64,000 nt of DNA, from the NCBI RefSeq assembly GCF_041028325.1, contig NZ_JABGDE010000013.1, forward strand, positions 118,980-182,979, given 5' to 3'. Below, in pieces: positions 10,200-20,243 of the stretch (position 1 is the first letter of the stretch; each line of letters begins with the position of its first letter). Source of the DNA: Modestobacter sp. I12A-02662 (lineage in GTDB: Bacteria; Actinomycetota; Actinomycetes; Mycobacteriales; Geodermatophilaceae). The notes below the pieces were generated by a model. That model had not been told where the DNA came from. It saw only the letters and a program-made list of their open reading frames with translations, and did no database searches. Both the position numbers and the translations under genes were made by a program.

Positions 10200-10880
10200 C
10201 TATGGGAGCCGGCGCAGCACCTCGTCGACGCTGCGCCTGATGTGCTCCTCGACCTCGGCGGCGATCGTGGACTCGTCGCCCTCCTCGATGACGCGGACCA
10301 GCCGACGGTGGAGCGTCGCATCCCGCTCCGGGTCGTGTCGCACCGCCTGGTCCACGGTGAGCGCGATGTGTATCTGCGATCCCACCAGCGGCCAGATCTT
10401 GCGCAGCGTCGGGCTGTCGGCCTGGTCCCAGATCGCCTTGTGCAGCCCGATGTGGGTCACGTGCGCCTGCAGGTCGTCCGCGCGCTCGATGGCGGCGAGG
10501 TGACGCGCCAACGCCTCTCGGACGCCGTCCATCGCCGGTCCGTGCGGATCTTGCGACAGGCGCAGGGCCGCCATGGTCTCCAACGTCATACGAACTTCGG
10601 CGACGTCTCGCAGTTCATCGGCCGTGGGTTGCGCGACGTGGATCCCCTTGTAGGGCACCTGGACAAGAGCCCCCTCGTGGACCAACTGCTGGAGCGACTC
10701 CCGCAGGGTGGGGCGGCTGACCCCGAGTGCTTCGGCGAGGTGGACCTCCTTGATGCGCTGGCCCGGTTGCAGCTCGCCGGTGAGGAGCGCGCGCCTGATC
10801 CGCGTCGTGACCTCCTCCCGCCGGGTGGACGAGACGACCACCCCGCCTCGCAGGGTCACTGCCGGTTTCGGCACACACAT
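10200..10880 (-). CDS. GntR-family transcriptional regulator (FadR/FCD subfamily)
   Basis: N-terminal winged HTH (RIKEVHLAEALGVSRPTLRESLQQLVHEGALV) plus C-terminal all-helical FCD-like domain; divergent from the aminotransferase. Confidence 0.75.
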   Translation of the reverse strand: MCVPKPAVTLRGGVVVSSTRREEVTTRIRRALLTGELQPGQRIKEVHLAEALGVSRPTLRESLQQLVHEGALVQVPYKGIHVAQPTADELRDVAEVRMTLETMAALRLSQDPHGPAMDGVREALARHLAAIERADDLQAHVTHIGLHKAIWDQADSPTLRKIWPLVGSQIHIALTVDQAVRHDPERDATLHRRLVRVIEEGDESTIAAEVEEHIRRSVDEVLRRLP

Positions 10881-11199
10881 CTCCCCACGTACACATTGCC
10901 TGACAGTCCTCATCGATTGTCCATGATCGCCAACGCCTGCGCGCAGAGCCACGAGGCGGGCCGTCCCAGGGCACCGCATCGACCGCTGGACGGTGCGCCC
11001 CGATGAGCCCGAGCGTGAGGGCCAACTGCAGGCCCGGGGCCGTCTCCGCCGAGGTCTACGTCACCCGATCGATCGCCCGCATCGTCGCGTGCAGCCGGAC
11101 CATCCCGGGCTGGTGGACGTCGCCCCGCAACGACCCCCGACGGTCACCGGTGGGGCCCCTCGCGTGTGACCTCGCCGACGCCCCAGGGATCCTGCCGCC

Positions 11200-11434
11200 C
11201 TGGCGCGCCGCCACCGCCCGGCAACTGGTACGACCTGGCGGCGAAGAGCGGCGCCAACGTGCACGACTTCGAGGGGTGGCGCAGGCAATGACGCTGCTGA
11301 AGCAGGGCCGTATCGACGCCACGGTCACCGACCGCCTGACCTTCCTGTACTGGCAGAAGACCACCGGTGACACGAGCCTCGGGGTGGCCGCGACGACGGA
11401 CCAGTCGCACAACGCCTTCGCGTTCCGCCCCTGA
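11200..11434 (+). pseudogene. C-terminal fragment of a family-3 ABC substrate-binding protein, frameshifted
   Basis: ..NWYDLAAKSGANVHDFEGW then, in another frame, QAMTLLKQGRIDATVTDRLTFLYW..; no N-terminal lipoprotein/signal part. Confidence 0.45.
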
Positions 11435-11740
11435 GGCCGGGTCGCCGGACACGTGCCAGCGGCGATGCTCGGACCGATCGAGGCAGCGGCCGCTGTGGTG
11501 CCGGTGGCGTACAGCAGCCGCACGGGCGCCGGACCGGTGCTGCGGCACACCTACGGTTTCCGGGGCTCGGAGCGGGATCTGCACCGCATGGGACTCCTGG
11601 ACGCCGGTGACCTCCCACCGCTCAAGGCCCGGGTGCTGTTGGTCGCCGCGCTGTGGTCGGAGCGCGACCGCGACGCCCAGCGGCGGGTCTTCGCCGCCCA
11701 CGCGCTCCCCTGACACCTCACCGTCGAGCGGGGCCGACCC

Positions 11741-12877
11741 TCACAGGCAGCGGTGGACGGCCTGCCAGAACCAGTCTGTCCCGTCGCCCGGACCGCCGTA
11801 GCCGCGGGTGGTCAGCAGCACCGCCACCAGGTCGCGGTGCGGATCGACCCAGCCGGTGGTGCCGGTGCCGCCGTCCCAGCCCCACCGGCCGGCCGCCTGC
11901 CAGGGCTCTCTGCCGCCGGTGTCCACCCCGACCTGCAGACCCCACGACGTCCCGGCGGGCAGGAAGTCACCAGCGCCGCGGCGCTGGGCGGGCGTGAGGG
12001 AGTCGCTGGTCATCGCCGCGACCGAGGCCTGGCGCAGCACCGGCGCGCCGCCGTCGGCCAGCGCGCAGAGGAAGGTCAGCACGTCCTCCGCCGTGGACAC
12101 CAGCCCGGCGGCCAGTCCCTCGAACCGCGGGGCCCGGGCCGCGCGGCCGTCGGCCGCGTCCAGCAGCCGCAGTCGGCCGTCCTGGGGCAGGTAGGCGGCG
12201 GTGAGCCGGGATGGGTCGACGGCGGAGAACCCGGTGGACCGCAGCCCGAGCGGACCGGTGACCCGCTCGGCGAGCAGTTCGCGCAGCGGCCGATCGGTGG
12301 CGCGGGCCAGCAGGACCGACAGGACGTCGGTGCTGCAGTGGTAGGTCCAGCGCTCTCCCGGCTGGGCGAGCAGCGGCAGCTCCGCCCATCGGGCCAGGTA
12401 CTCGTCGGGCCCGACGCCCGGGGACTCCGGCCCGGGGCCGATGCCGGCCGCGGCGACCGCCCGGTCGAGCGGCGAGCCGTCCCAGGGCCGGCCGAACCCG
12501 GCGGTGCTGCTGAGCAGGTGCCCGACGGTGATCGGGACGGACGCCGCCACGGTGTCGTCCAGGGGCCCGCGCGGGGTGTGCAGCACGCGGGGCGCGGCGA
12601 GCTCGGGCAGCCAGCGGGCCACCGGGTCGTCCGGGCGCAGCACGCCGTCCTCGACCAGGGCGAGGGTGAGCGCCCCGGCGAACGGTTTGGACAGCGACGA
12701 GAGCCGGAACAGCGCGTCCGGGCCGGCCGGGGCCCCGCCGAGGGTCAGGCAGCCGCCGGCGCGGACCTCGATCTCGCCGCGGTACCGGACGGCGGCGGCC
12801 CAGCCGGGCACGCGGCCGTCCTCGACCCGGGCCTGCAGGGCGGACCACACGGTGACGAACCGGGACAGGTGCGACAT
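11741..12877 (-). CDS. serine hydrolase, beta-lactamase/transpeptidase-like (class C family)
   Basis: S-x-x-K motif (SLSKPF), 378 aa, typical family length. Confidence 0.8.
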   Translation of the reverse strand: MSHLSRFVTVWSALQARVEDGRVPGWAAAVRYRGEIEVRAGGCLTLGGAPAGPDALFRLSSLSKPFAGALTLALVEDGVLRPDDPVARWLPELAAPRVLHTPRGPLDDTVAASVPITVGHLLSSTAGFGRPWDGSPLDRAVAAAGIGPGPESPGVGPDEYLARWAELPLLAQPGERWTYHCSTDVLSVLLARATDRPLRELLAERVTGPLGLRSTGFSAVDPSRLTAAYLPQDGRLRLLDAADGRAARAPRFEGLAAGLVSTAEDVLTFLCALADGGAPVLRQASVAAMTSDSLTPAQRRGAGDFLPAGTSWGLQVGVDTGGREPWQAAGRWGWDGGTGTTGWVDPHRDLVAVLLTTRGYGGPGDGTDWFWQAVHRCL

Positions 12878-12962
12878 GCCGGGGCCTCCTGGGGACGACG
12901 CGCTCGTCGTCAGAGACCGTCGGCATCCAGCGGACTCATCGCTGCCGGCCGGGTCCGGGAAC

Positions 12963-14138
12963 TCAGGCCGGCCCCGACCCGGTCCGCAGCGGTGCCGCCG
13001 GCGTCGTGTGGCACATCAGCAGGGCCGCTCCCGATGCGGTCAGGACCGCGCCAGCGAGGAAGGCCACGGGGATGCTGCTGGTCGCCGCCACCACGCCGAG
13101 CAGGACTGGACCACCGCTGAACCCGAGGTCGATGAAGACGGTCGCCGTCCCGGCTGCGCTGCCGCGCTCGGTCGGCGGAACGCGGCTGAAGACCGCGGCG
13201 AAGGCGGCGGGCGTGAGGAAGGCCGTTCCGACGCCCAACACGGCCGCGCCGGCGACGAGGGCCCATGCCGTGGGGACGACGGCGCAGAGCACCAGCCCCG
13301 CTCCGCTCACCCCCAGTGCGAAGGCGGACAGACGCAGCGGGGGCAGCCGGTCGGGCAGGGTCGCGAACACGACCCGGCAGGTCACCACCACGCTTCCGAA
13401 GACGGCGGGAACGGTGCTCCACAGGTCCAGGCCCAGATCGGTGGCGTACAACGCCGCGAACGCGAGGAAGCCGGAGACTGCCGCCACCCCGGTGGACAGT
13501 CCCAGTCCGGGGACCAGCGCGGCAGGATGGAACAGCGGCGCGGGAAGACCGGCTTCGACGACGGCCTCGAGCGTCTCGGGTACCCGGACGGCGAGCAGCG
13601 CGGCGGCTCCCAGCAGCAACGCGGTGGCGGCCCACACCAGCGGGAAGCCGCTCCAGCGGAGCAGGGCCTGCCCCATCAGGGGGCCGGCCGCCAGGCCCAC
13701 GTACAGGGCCAGCGAGTTGTAGCTCAACGCCTCGCCGGCTCTGCCCGGCTGCGCGAGGTCGGCCAGGGCGGCGAACCCGGCGACGAAGTACAGCGCCTCG
13801 GCGGCACCCAGGAGCAGTCGCAGGACCACCAGCCAGGCCGGCTCGGTGACCAGGAGGTGACCGAGGACGAGCACGGCGAACAGGGCTGCGCCGCCGATCA
13901 GCAGGGGGCGCCGACCGCGGCGGTCCGCCCAGCGGCCGGCCAGCGGGCGGAGCGCCAGGGTGGTGACGCTGAACGCCCCGACCGCGAGGCCGACCGCGGC
14001 CGGTCCACCACCCAGGGGCCCGGTCACGAAGAACGGGGTGACCCCGATCAGCACCCCGCCGGCCGTGCAGTACGCCAGGTCGGACAGCGTCAAGGCGATG
14101 AAGGCGGGGGTGAACAACGTGTCCGGGGACCGTTGCAT
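12963..14138 (-). CDS. MFS transporter
   Basis: 391 aa, about 12 TM segments; MFS loop motif (GRWADRRGRRPLL). Confidence 0.8.
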   Translation of the reverse strand: MQRSPDTLFTPAFIALTLSDLAYCTAGGVLIGVTPFFVTGPLGGGPAAVGLAVGAFSVTTLALRPLAGRWADRRGRRPLLIGGAALFAVLVLGHLLVTEPAWLVVLRLLLGAAEALYFVAGFAALADLAQPGRAGEALSYNSLALYVGLAAGPLMGQALLRWSGFPLVWAATALLLGAAALLAVRVPETLEAVVEAGLPAPLFHPAALVPGLGLSTGVAAVSGFLAFAALYATDLGLDLWSTVPAVFGSVVVTCRVVFATLPDRLPPLRLSAFALGVSGAGLVLCAVVPTAWALVAGAAVLGVGTAFLTPAAFAAVFSRVPPTERGSAAGTATVFIDLGFSGGPVLLGVVAATSSIPVAFLAGAVLTASGAALLMCHTTPAAPLRTGSGPA

Positions 14139-14256
14139 GGCCCGGCACGCTACTCGCGGGAGACGGTGGACGGACCTCCTCTCGACCGCAGCCGGTGAGC
14201 CGGCGCGGATGGCGTCCGCCGGTCACTCAGGCGACCGGCGCGCCCCCGTCCCCGAC

Positions 14257-14856
14257 TCAGGAGACCTTGATGGCCGAGACGTCGAACTCCACCTGGACCC
14301 GGTCGCTGACCAGCACACCGCCGGTGTCCAGCACCGTGTTCCAGGTGAGGTCCCACTCGCTGCGCTTGATCGCCAGCGCGCCCTCGAACCCGACCCGCAG
14401 GTTGCCGAAGGGGTCCAGCGCGGAGCCGGTGAGGGTGAAGTCGATCGACACCGGACGGGTCACGCCCTTAATCGTCAGATCGCCGGTGACCTGGTAGACC
14501 TCGGCGTCGACCTGCTCGACCTCGGTCGACCGGAAGACGATCTCCGGGAAGCGCTCCACGTCCAGGAAGTCCGCGGACCGCAGGTGCGCGTCGCGGTCCG
14601 GGACCCCGGTGTCGACGCTGGCGGTCGCGATGCGCAGCTCGACGCTGCTGGCCGCGGGGTCCGCCACGTTGAGGTGGGCGGTCCCGGCGAACTCGGTGAA
14701 GGACCCACGGACGGTGGTCACCATGGCGTGCCGGGCGCGGACGCCGATGCGGGTGTGCGCGACGTCGACGGAGTACTTCCCGGTCACGTCGGCGAGCGCA
14801 CTGGTGGCTGCATCGAAGTCCGTCGCGGCACCCTCGGGTGCGCGGTGCTTGGCCAC
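14257..14856 (-). CDS. YceI-family protein
   Basis: YSVDVAHTRIGVRARHAMVTTVRGSFTEF matches the YceI N-terminal consensus; GTG start with GAGGAG RBS. Confidence 0.75.
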   Translation of the reverse strand: MAKHRAPEGAATDFDAATSALADVTGKYSVDVAHTRIGVRARHAMVTTVRGSFTEFAGTAHLNVADPAASSVELRIATASVDTGVPDRDAHLRSADFLDVERFPEIVFRSTEVEQVDAEVYQVTGDLTIKGVTRPVSIDFTLTGSALDPFGNLRVGFEGALAIKRSEWDLTWNTVLDTGGVLVSDRVQVEFDVSAIKVS

Positions 14857-15067
14857 GGGTCGGTGCTCCTCGCTCGGGTGGGTGGACAGGTGGAGTGTCC
14901 CCGATGGTCCTCCCACGCGCGGCACGTGGCCCTGCGGGGGGGACGGGGTGTCGCCGTCGCCCGCTCGACCACCGGGCGATCCTGCGGGCACGGGAGCCGC
15001 GGAACGCGGACGAGGCCCCACCCCCGTCGGGGTGGGGCCTCGTCGGCGGGTCAGGCCGCTGCTGGGG

Positions 15068-15907
15068 TCAGTACCAGTTCTTGGCCTTGGAGTGGGACCA
15101 CGCGCTGCACGGCGAGCCGTACCGCGACTCGATGTAGATCAGCCCGGCGTCGATCTGGCGGTACGGGTCTGAGGTCTTGGCGATCCCGGTGCTCGCCCAG
15201 GTCGAGTTCAGGAACTGCGGGATGCCGTAGGCGGTGCTGGAGGGGTTCTGCGCGTTGGGGTTCCAGCCGCTCTCCTTGCCCCACAGGTTCTCGAGGCAGG
15301 AGAACTGCGACGAGTCACCGCCGACCTTGGCGAGCGCGTAGTCCTGGTACGAGCCCGATGCGGCGACGCTGCCGGACCGCGGCGCCGGGGACTCCTCCTT
15401 GGCGGCCCGGGCGGCAGCAGCCTCCTCGGCGGCCTGGGCCTCGGCGGCGAGCCGGGCCTCCTCCGCGGCCTTGGCCTCGGCGGCGAGCCGGGCCTCCTCG
15501 GCGGCCTTCGCCTCAGCGGCGGCCTGGTCGGCGGCAGCCTGGGCAGCGGCGGCCGCGGCCTGCTCGCCCTCCCGCTGGCTGCGCTGCGCGGCGAGCTCAC
15601 CGAGCCGCTCGCCGACGACGCCGTCCGCGACGACGCTCTGCTGCGAGGTCAGCCCGAGGGTGGCGGCGACGCTGACCGGCTCGGCCGTGGCCTGGGCCGC
15701 GGGCTCACTCGTGGCGAGCACGTTGACCATGATCGCGCCCGCGGCGGCGGCCGCCAGGTAGATGGCGGGACGGCGGAAGCCGGCCGGGGTGCGCCGGCTG
15801 CGGCGCGGGGAGTCGGTCCCGACCGTGGCGTCCGCCTCGGCCAGCGCGTGGACGTCGGTGGCAGGAACCTGCTCGATCGAGGTGTGCGCGTTGGTGCCGT
15901 GGGACAT
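15068..15907 (-). CDS. secreted/membrane-anchored protein with C-terminal lytic-transglycosylase-like (SLT/Apf-type) domain and Ala/Glu-rich repeats
   Basis: N-terminal TM/signal (IYLAAAAAGAIMVNVLA), tandem AEAKAAEEARLA repeats, C-terminal domain (..FSCLENLWGKESGWNPNAQNPSSTAYGIPQ..RYGSPCSAW..WY); GGAG RBS. Confidence 0.7.
   Translation of the reverse strand: MSHGTNAHTSIEQVPATDVHALAEADATVGTDSPRRSRRTPAGFRRPAIYLAAAAAGAIMVNVLATSEPAAQATAEPVSVAATLGLTSQQSVVADGVVGERLGELAAQRSQREGEQAAAAAAQAAADQAAAEAKAAEEARLAAEAKAAEEARLAAEAQAAEEAAAARAAKEESPAPRSGSVAASGSYQDYALAKVGGDSSQFSCLENLWGKESGWNPNAQNPSSTAYGIPQFLNSTWASTGIAKTSDPYRQIDAGLIYIESRYGSPCSAWSHSKAKNWY
15424..15520. repeat. tandem 36-bp direct repeat (about 2.5 copies) inside the SLT-protein gene
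   Basis: ggccttggcctcggcggcgagccgggcctcctc appears twice consecutively, encoding AEAKAAEEARLA repeated. Confidence 0.7.
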
Positions 15908-16241
15908 GAAGAGAGGGGCTCCGGATCTTCCGTGGCCGCCTACCGAGTTAGCTGACGGGTTCGGGCTGGAAGTCGCCCTACCCGTCCCAGGCACACGTGT
16001 GCCCGAGGCGGGATTCACCCCAGTGCTGCGGTGGGTCCCCGGCTCGCTGCGCGCAGCGACTCGGCGGCATCCGGTGCGGGCTCCCCCGGGTGGGGATCTG
16101 TCGTCCGACCGAATACTGCCAACGTACGGGCCGTTACCTGGCCGTGACAATCGCCGGGGCCCGATTTCGTCGTGATCTGCCACTCGTTGCGCAGGACGCC
16201 GAGGTGTGGCAGCACCCCTGGGGCGGGTGTGACGGGTGCGC

Positions 16242-16904
16242 TCAGGGCAGTCGCCAGACCGTCGTCCGGCGCACCTGCTCCCCATCGGCGTCCGGGACGT
16301 CGTACTCAGCCGCCGCGATCAACCCCTCCCGCGGCACGTAGGCCCGGCCCGGGTCGCCGAGCAGCACGGTCGCGCCGCGGAGCCAGGCCTGGCCGAGGAA
16401 GGGCAGCACCCGGGCGGTCATCTCCCGGTCGTAGCAGACGTCGCCGGCCAGCACGACGTCGACGGCGGGGGGCTCGCCGTCCAGCACGTCGCCCACCACC
16501 TCGATCCCGGACACCCCGTTGACCTGCTCGTTGAGGGCGACGGCGGTGTGCGAGTACGGGTCGACGTCGCTGGCGACGACCGCGGCCGCACCGGCCCGCA
16601 GCGCGGCGACGGCGACCAGCCCGCTGCCGGCGCCCAGGTCGAGGACCCGCCGACCGGCGACGACCTCCGGGTGGTCCAGCACGTAGCGCGCCAGGGCCTG
16701 GCCGCCCGGCCAGGCGGCGGCCCAGAACGGCGGGTCCTGCCCGGCGCCGCCGACCTCGGTCTCCATCGCCTCCCAGAGGGCCACGACGTCGTCGGCGACG
16801 TGCAGCTGCACCTCGGGGACCAGGGACGGGCGGGCGAGCCGGGTGTGGCCCTGCAGGAAGGACGGCGGGACGGCGCGCGGAGCGGACACCCCGTCAGTGG
16901 ACAC
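16242..16904 (-). CDS. class I SAM-dependent methyltransferase (Methyltransf_16-like)
   Basis: SAM motif I (VLDLGAGSGLVAVAA), post-motif (LAGDVCY). Confidence 0.7.
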   Translation of the reverse strand: MSTDGVSAPRAVPPSFLQGHTRLARPSLVPEVQLHVADDVVALWEAMETEVGGAGQDPPFWAAAWPGGQALARYVLDHPEVVAGRRVLDLGAGSGLVAVAALRAGAAAVVASDVDPYSHTAVALNEQVNGVSGIEVVGDVLDGEPPAVDVVLAGDVCYDREMTARVLPFLGQAWLRGATVLLGDPGRAYVPREGLIAAAEYDVPDADGEQVRRTTVWRLP

Positions 16905-16940
16905 CGCGACCGGGACCGCGGACCGGCCGGGTCCTCGGGG

Positions 16941-17480
16941 TCAGTGGCGGCGCTTGCTGCGCACCACGGTCACCGGGCACGGCGCGTGGTGCGTGATCTG
17001 GTCGCTGGTCGACCCGAGCATCAGGCCGGCGAAGCCACCCCGGCCGCGGGCGCCCACCACCAGCAGGTCGGCGTGTTCCGCCGACTGGATCAGCGCCTTC
17101 ACCGGTGCGACGTGCACGACGTGGCACGTGACCTGGCGGGCCCGCTCGGCGCCGAGCGCCGCCACCACGTCGGCTTCGAGGTCGGTCAGGACCGCCTTCT
17201 CGTAGTCGGTCATCGGCGGGACGTAGCCCACCTCCCAGCTGGACGGCTGAGGCGCGGTGGCGATCCGCCAGCTGCGCACCACGTGCAGGGGCCAGGAGGC
17301 ACGCTCGGCCAGCCGGGCCGCCCACTGCAGGGCGTCCTGCGCGCAGGCGGACCCGTCGTGGCCCACGACCACGCCCCCGTCGATCACCGCCCGGGTCGAG
17401 ACCTCGTGCTCGCCGCCCGGCTCGCGGACCGCATCGTCCCGCTCCGCCGTCCGTGCCGCGTCCGCTGACTGGTCGGTCAC
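16941..17480 (-). CDS. universal stress protein (UspA family)
   Basis: UspA motifs (VVVGHDGS..A..AL.WA..LA, ADLLVVGARGRGGFAGLMLGSTS); GTG start with GGAGGA RBS. Confidence 0.75.
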   Translation of the reverse strand: MTDQSADAARTAERDDAVREPGGEHEVSTRAVIDGGVVVGHDGSACAQDALQWAARLAERASWPLHVVRSWRIATAPQPSSWEVGYVPPMTDYEKAVLTDLEADVVAALGAERARQVTCHVVHVAPVKALIQSAEHADLLVVGARGRGGFAGLMLGSTSDQITHHAPCPVTVVRSKRRH

Positions 17481-17710
17481 CGTCGTCCTCCCCTGGCCGC
17501 ACCCGGCACCGCGCCGGGACCTGTCCCACCCTGGCGCACGACGGGCCGGTCGGGCCAGGGACAACCGCGCGCCGTCGATGTGCCCGCGGCCTGCAGCTCG
17601 GATCGCGCGGGCCGCCTACCTGCACTTGACTGGATCACGAGCCGGCGTCCGTGCCGGCCGGCCGGCGCTGCGCCGGCCGTGGAGCGAGGAGATCGGGAGA
17701 GAGGGCGTCC

Positions 17711-18103
17711 ATGGAGCACTTCACGATCGCCACCGTCGCCGAGCAGAGCGCCGACTTCCGTCGGGTGCTGTGGACGGGCGAGCACACCCAGCTGGTGATC
17801 ATGACCATCCCGCCGGGCGGGGAGATCGGCGAGGAGGTGCACGACGTCGACCAGATCCTGACCTTCGTCAGCGGCACCGGCCAGGCGCAGGTCGGTGGTC
17901 AGAAGAAGAACGTCGCGCAGGGCGACCTGGTGGTCGTCCCGGCGGGCAAGAAGCACAACTTCGTCAACAACGGGGTCAACCCCCTGGTGCTCTACACCGT
18001 GTACGGCCCGCCGGAGCACGCCGACAAGGCGGTGCACCACACCAAGGAGGAGGCCGACGAGCTCGAGGAGCAGGGCAAGGACGAGCCGCCGACGTCCGAC
18101 TGA
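17711..18103 (+). CDS. cupin-domain protein
   Basis: 130 aa; cupin motifs (PPGGEIGEEVH..DQIL.FVSG, GDLVVVPAGKKHNFVNNG). Confidence 0.7.
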   Translation: MEHFTIATVAEQSADFRRVLWTGEHTQLVIMTIPPGGEIGEEVHDVDQILTFVSGTGQAQVGGQKKNVAQGDLVVVPAGKKHNFVNNGVNPLVLYTVYGPPEHADKAVHHTKEEADELEEQGKDEPPTSD

Positions 18104-18183
18104 TGACCCCCCTCGGGCGGGGCGGCGCTGCCCCCCGCCCGAGGGGCCTGTCCACAACCCCGCCGTCCTGACCGGAGGCACCC

Positions 18184-19920
18184 ATGGCCCATCCCACCGT
18201 CGCCGCCCAACTGGTCGAGATGCTGCGGGACGCCGGGGTCCGCCGGGTCTACGGCGTCGTCGGCGACAGCCTCAACCCGATCGTGGACGCCATCCGGCAC
18301 ACCGACGGGATCGAGTGGGTGCACGTGAGCAACGAGGAGGGCGGCGCGTTCGCCGCCGCCGCGGAGGCCCAGGTGACCGGCCGGCTCGCGGTCTGCGCGG
18401 GCTCGTGCGGTCCCGGCAACACCCACCTCATCCAGGGGCTCTACGACGCCCACCGGAGCGGCACGCCGGTGCTGGCGATCGCCTCGCACGTCCAGTCGCA
18501 GGAGATCGGGACGGGGTTCTTCCAGGAGACCCACCCGGAGCGCGTCTTCCAGGAGTGCTCGTACTGGTGCGAGGTGGTCACGCCCAAGCAGATGCCGCAC
18601 GCCCTGCGGGTGGCCGTCCAGACCGCGGTCGGCAGGCGCGGGGTCTCGGTCGTGGTGCTGCCCGGCGACCTCGCCGCCGAGGAGTCCGGCGGGCCGACCG
18701 AGGCCATGACCCTGGTGACCGAGCCGTCACCGGTGCGGCCGGCCCCGGACCAGGTCGCGGCCCTGGCGGAGGCGATCAACTCGGCCCGCACGGTGACCCT
18801 GTTCTGCGGCGCCGGCTGCGCGGGGGCGCACGACGAGGTGATGGAGCTGGCCGGCCGGGTGCTCGCTCCCGTCGGGCACGCCCTCGGCGGCAAGGAGGTC
18901 ATCCAGCACGACAACCCCTACGACGTCGGGATGAACGGGCTGCTGGGCTACGGGGCGGCGCACAAGGCCACCCACGAGGCGGACCTGCTGGTGCTGCTGG
19001 GCACCGACTTCCCGTACACGAACTTCCTGCCGCAGCGGAGGACGGCCCAGGTGGACGCGGACGTCTCGCACCTGGGCCGGCGCACCCCGCTGGAGGTCGC
19101 CGTGCACGGGGACGTCGGCGAGACCATCCGGGCGCTGCTGCCGCTGCTCGAGCAGAAGAAGGACCGGCGCTTCCTCGAGTCGATGCTGCGCCAGCACGCC
19201 GAGGCGCTGGAGAAGGTGGTCGGCGCCTATGCGTCGCGGGTGGAGCACATGCGGCCGATCCACCCCGAGTACGTCGCGGCGCAGCTGGACGAGCTGGCCG
19301 CCGACGACGCGGTGTTCACCGTGGACACCGGGATGTGCAACGTGTGGGCGGCCCGGTACCTCACGCCGAACGGACGGCGGCGGGTGATCGGGTCGTTCAA
19401 GCACGGGTCGATGGCGAACGCGCTGCCGCACGCGGTGGGAGCGCAGTTCGCCGACCGCGACCGGCAGGTGGTCTCGATGAGCGGCGACGGCGGGCTCGCC
19501 ATGCTGCTCGGCGAGCTGATCACCGTCCGGCTGCACCGGCTGCCGGTCAAGATCGTGCTGTTCAACAACGCCTCGCTCGGCATGGTGAAGCTCGAGATGA
19601 TGGTCGACGGGATCCCGGACTTCCAGACCGACCACGAGCCGACGGACTTCACCGCGATCGCCGAGGGTGTGGGCATCCGGGCGATGCGGGTGGAGGACCC
19701 GCGCGACGTCCGCGACACCCTGGTGCGGGGGCTGGCCGAGCCCGGTCCGGTGCTCATGGAGTTCGTGACCGACGCGAACGCGCTGTCGATCCCGCCGGCG
19801 ATCACCGGCGAGCAGATCCGCGGGTTCGCCGCGTCGGCGACCAAGACGGTGCTGGGCGGTGGCGTGGGCAAGATGATCGACCTGGCCCGCGCCAACCTCC
19901 GGAACGTGCCCCGCCCGTAG
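18184..19920 (+). CDS. poxB: pyruvate dehydrogenase [quinone] / pyruvate oxidase, ThDP-dependent
   Basis: 578 aa, three-domain ThDP-enzyme signature (GVVGDSLNP, GSCGPGNTH, ThDP-binding GDGGLAM..NN). Confidence 0.85.
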   Translation: MAHPTVAAQLVEMLRDAGVRRVYGVVGDSLNPIVDAIRHTDGIEWVHVSNEEGGAFAAAAEAQVTGRLAVCAGSCGPGNTHLIQGLYDAHRSGTPVLAIASHVQSQEIGTGFFQETHPERVFQECSYWCEVVTPKQMPHALRVAVQTAVGRRGVSVVVLPGDLAAEESGGPTEAMTLVTEPSPVRPAPDQVAALAEAINSARTVTLFCGAGCAGAHDEVMELAGRVLAPVGHALGGKEVIQHDNPYDVGMNGLLGYGAAHKATHEADLLVLLGTDFPYTNFLPQRRTAQVDADVSHLGRRTPLEVAVHGDVGETIRALLPLLEQKKDRRFLESMLRQHAEALEKVVGAYASRVEHMRPIHPEYVAAQLDELAADDAVFTVDTGMCNVWAARYLTPNGRRRVIGSFKHGSMANALPHAVGAQFADRDRQVVSMSGDGGLAMLLGELITVRLHRLPVKIVLFNNASLGMVKLEMMVDGIPDFQTDHEPTDFTAIAEGVGIRAMRVEDPRDVRDTLVRGLAEPGPVLMEFVTDANALSIPPAITGEQIRGFAASATKTVLGGGVGKMIDLARANLRNVPRP

Positions 19921-19948
19921 CCGCCGGGCGGGACGGCCCGCCCGGCGG
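19921..19948. terminator. GC-rich hairpin (12-bp stem, 4-nt loop) at a convergent junction
   Basis: ccgccgggcggg-acgg-cccgcccggcgg immediately after the poxB stop. Confidence 0.55.
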
Positions 19949-19949
19949 A

Positions 19950-20243
19950 TCAGGCGGCGTTCGCGCCGGTGGTGCGGCTGCCGTACCAGCTGATCAGCAG
20001 GTGACTGCGGACGGCGGCGGGCAGCGCACCCCAGCGCAGCAGCGCGGCGCGGGCGGGCAGTGCGCTCGCCGCGGCCAGCTGCCCCAGCTCCCGGACCCGC
20101 TCGGGGCGCGGACTGAGCGGACTGCGGTCGTGCAGGCCGGTGGCCAGATGGCTGTCGAAGGCCACGAGGATGTCGGCCTGGTGCGCGGGATCGAACCACT
20201 GGGGGCTCCGCAGCGAGCCCCGCTCGACGTCCTGACGGATCAC
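19950..20243 (-). CDS. hypothetical protein
   Basis: 97-aa ORF with strong GC3 skew; no recognisable motif. Confidence 0.3.
   Translation of the reverse strand: MIRQDVERGSLRSPQWFDPAHQADILVAFDSHLATGLHDRSPLSPRPERVRELGQLAAASALPARAALLRWGALPAAVRSHLLISWYGSRTTGANAA

Noticed and set aside
12441-14226. 585-aa plus ORF and 438-aa minus ORF overlapping the MFS transporter gene
   Set aside because: Shadow ORFs. The MFS frame (12963..14138, minus) is the only one with a coherent TM-protein sequence.
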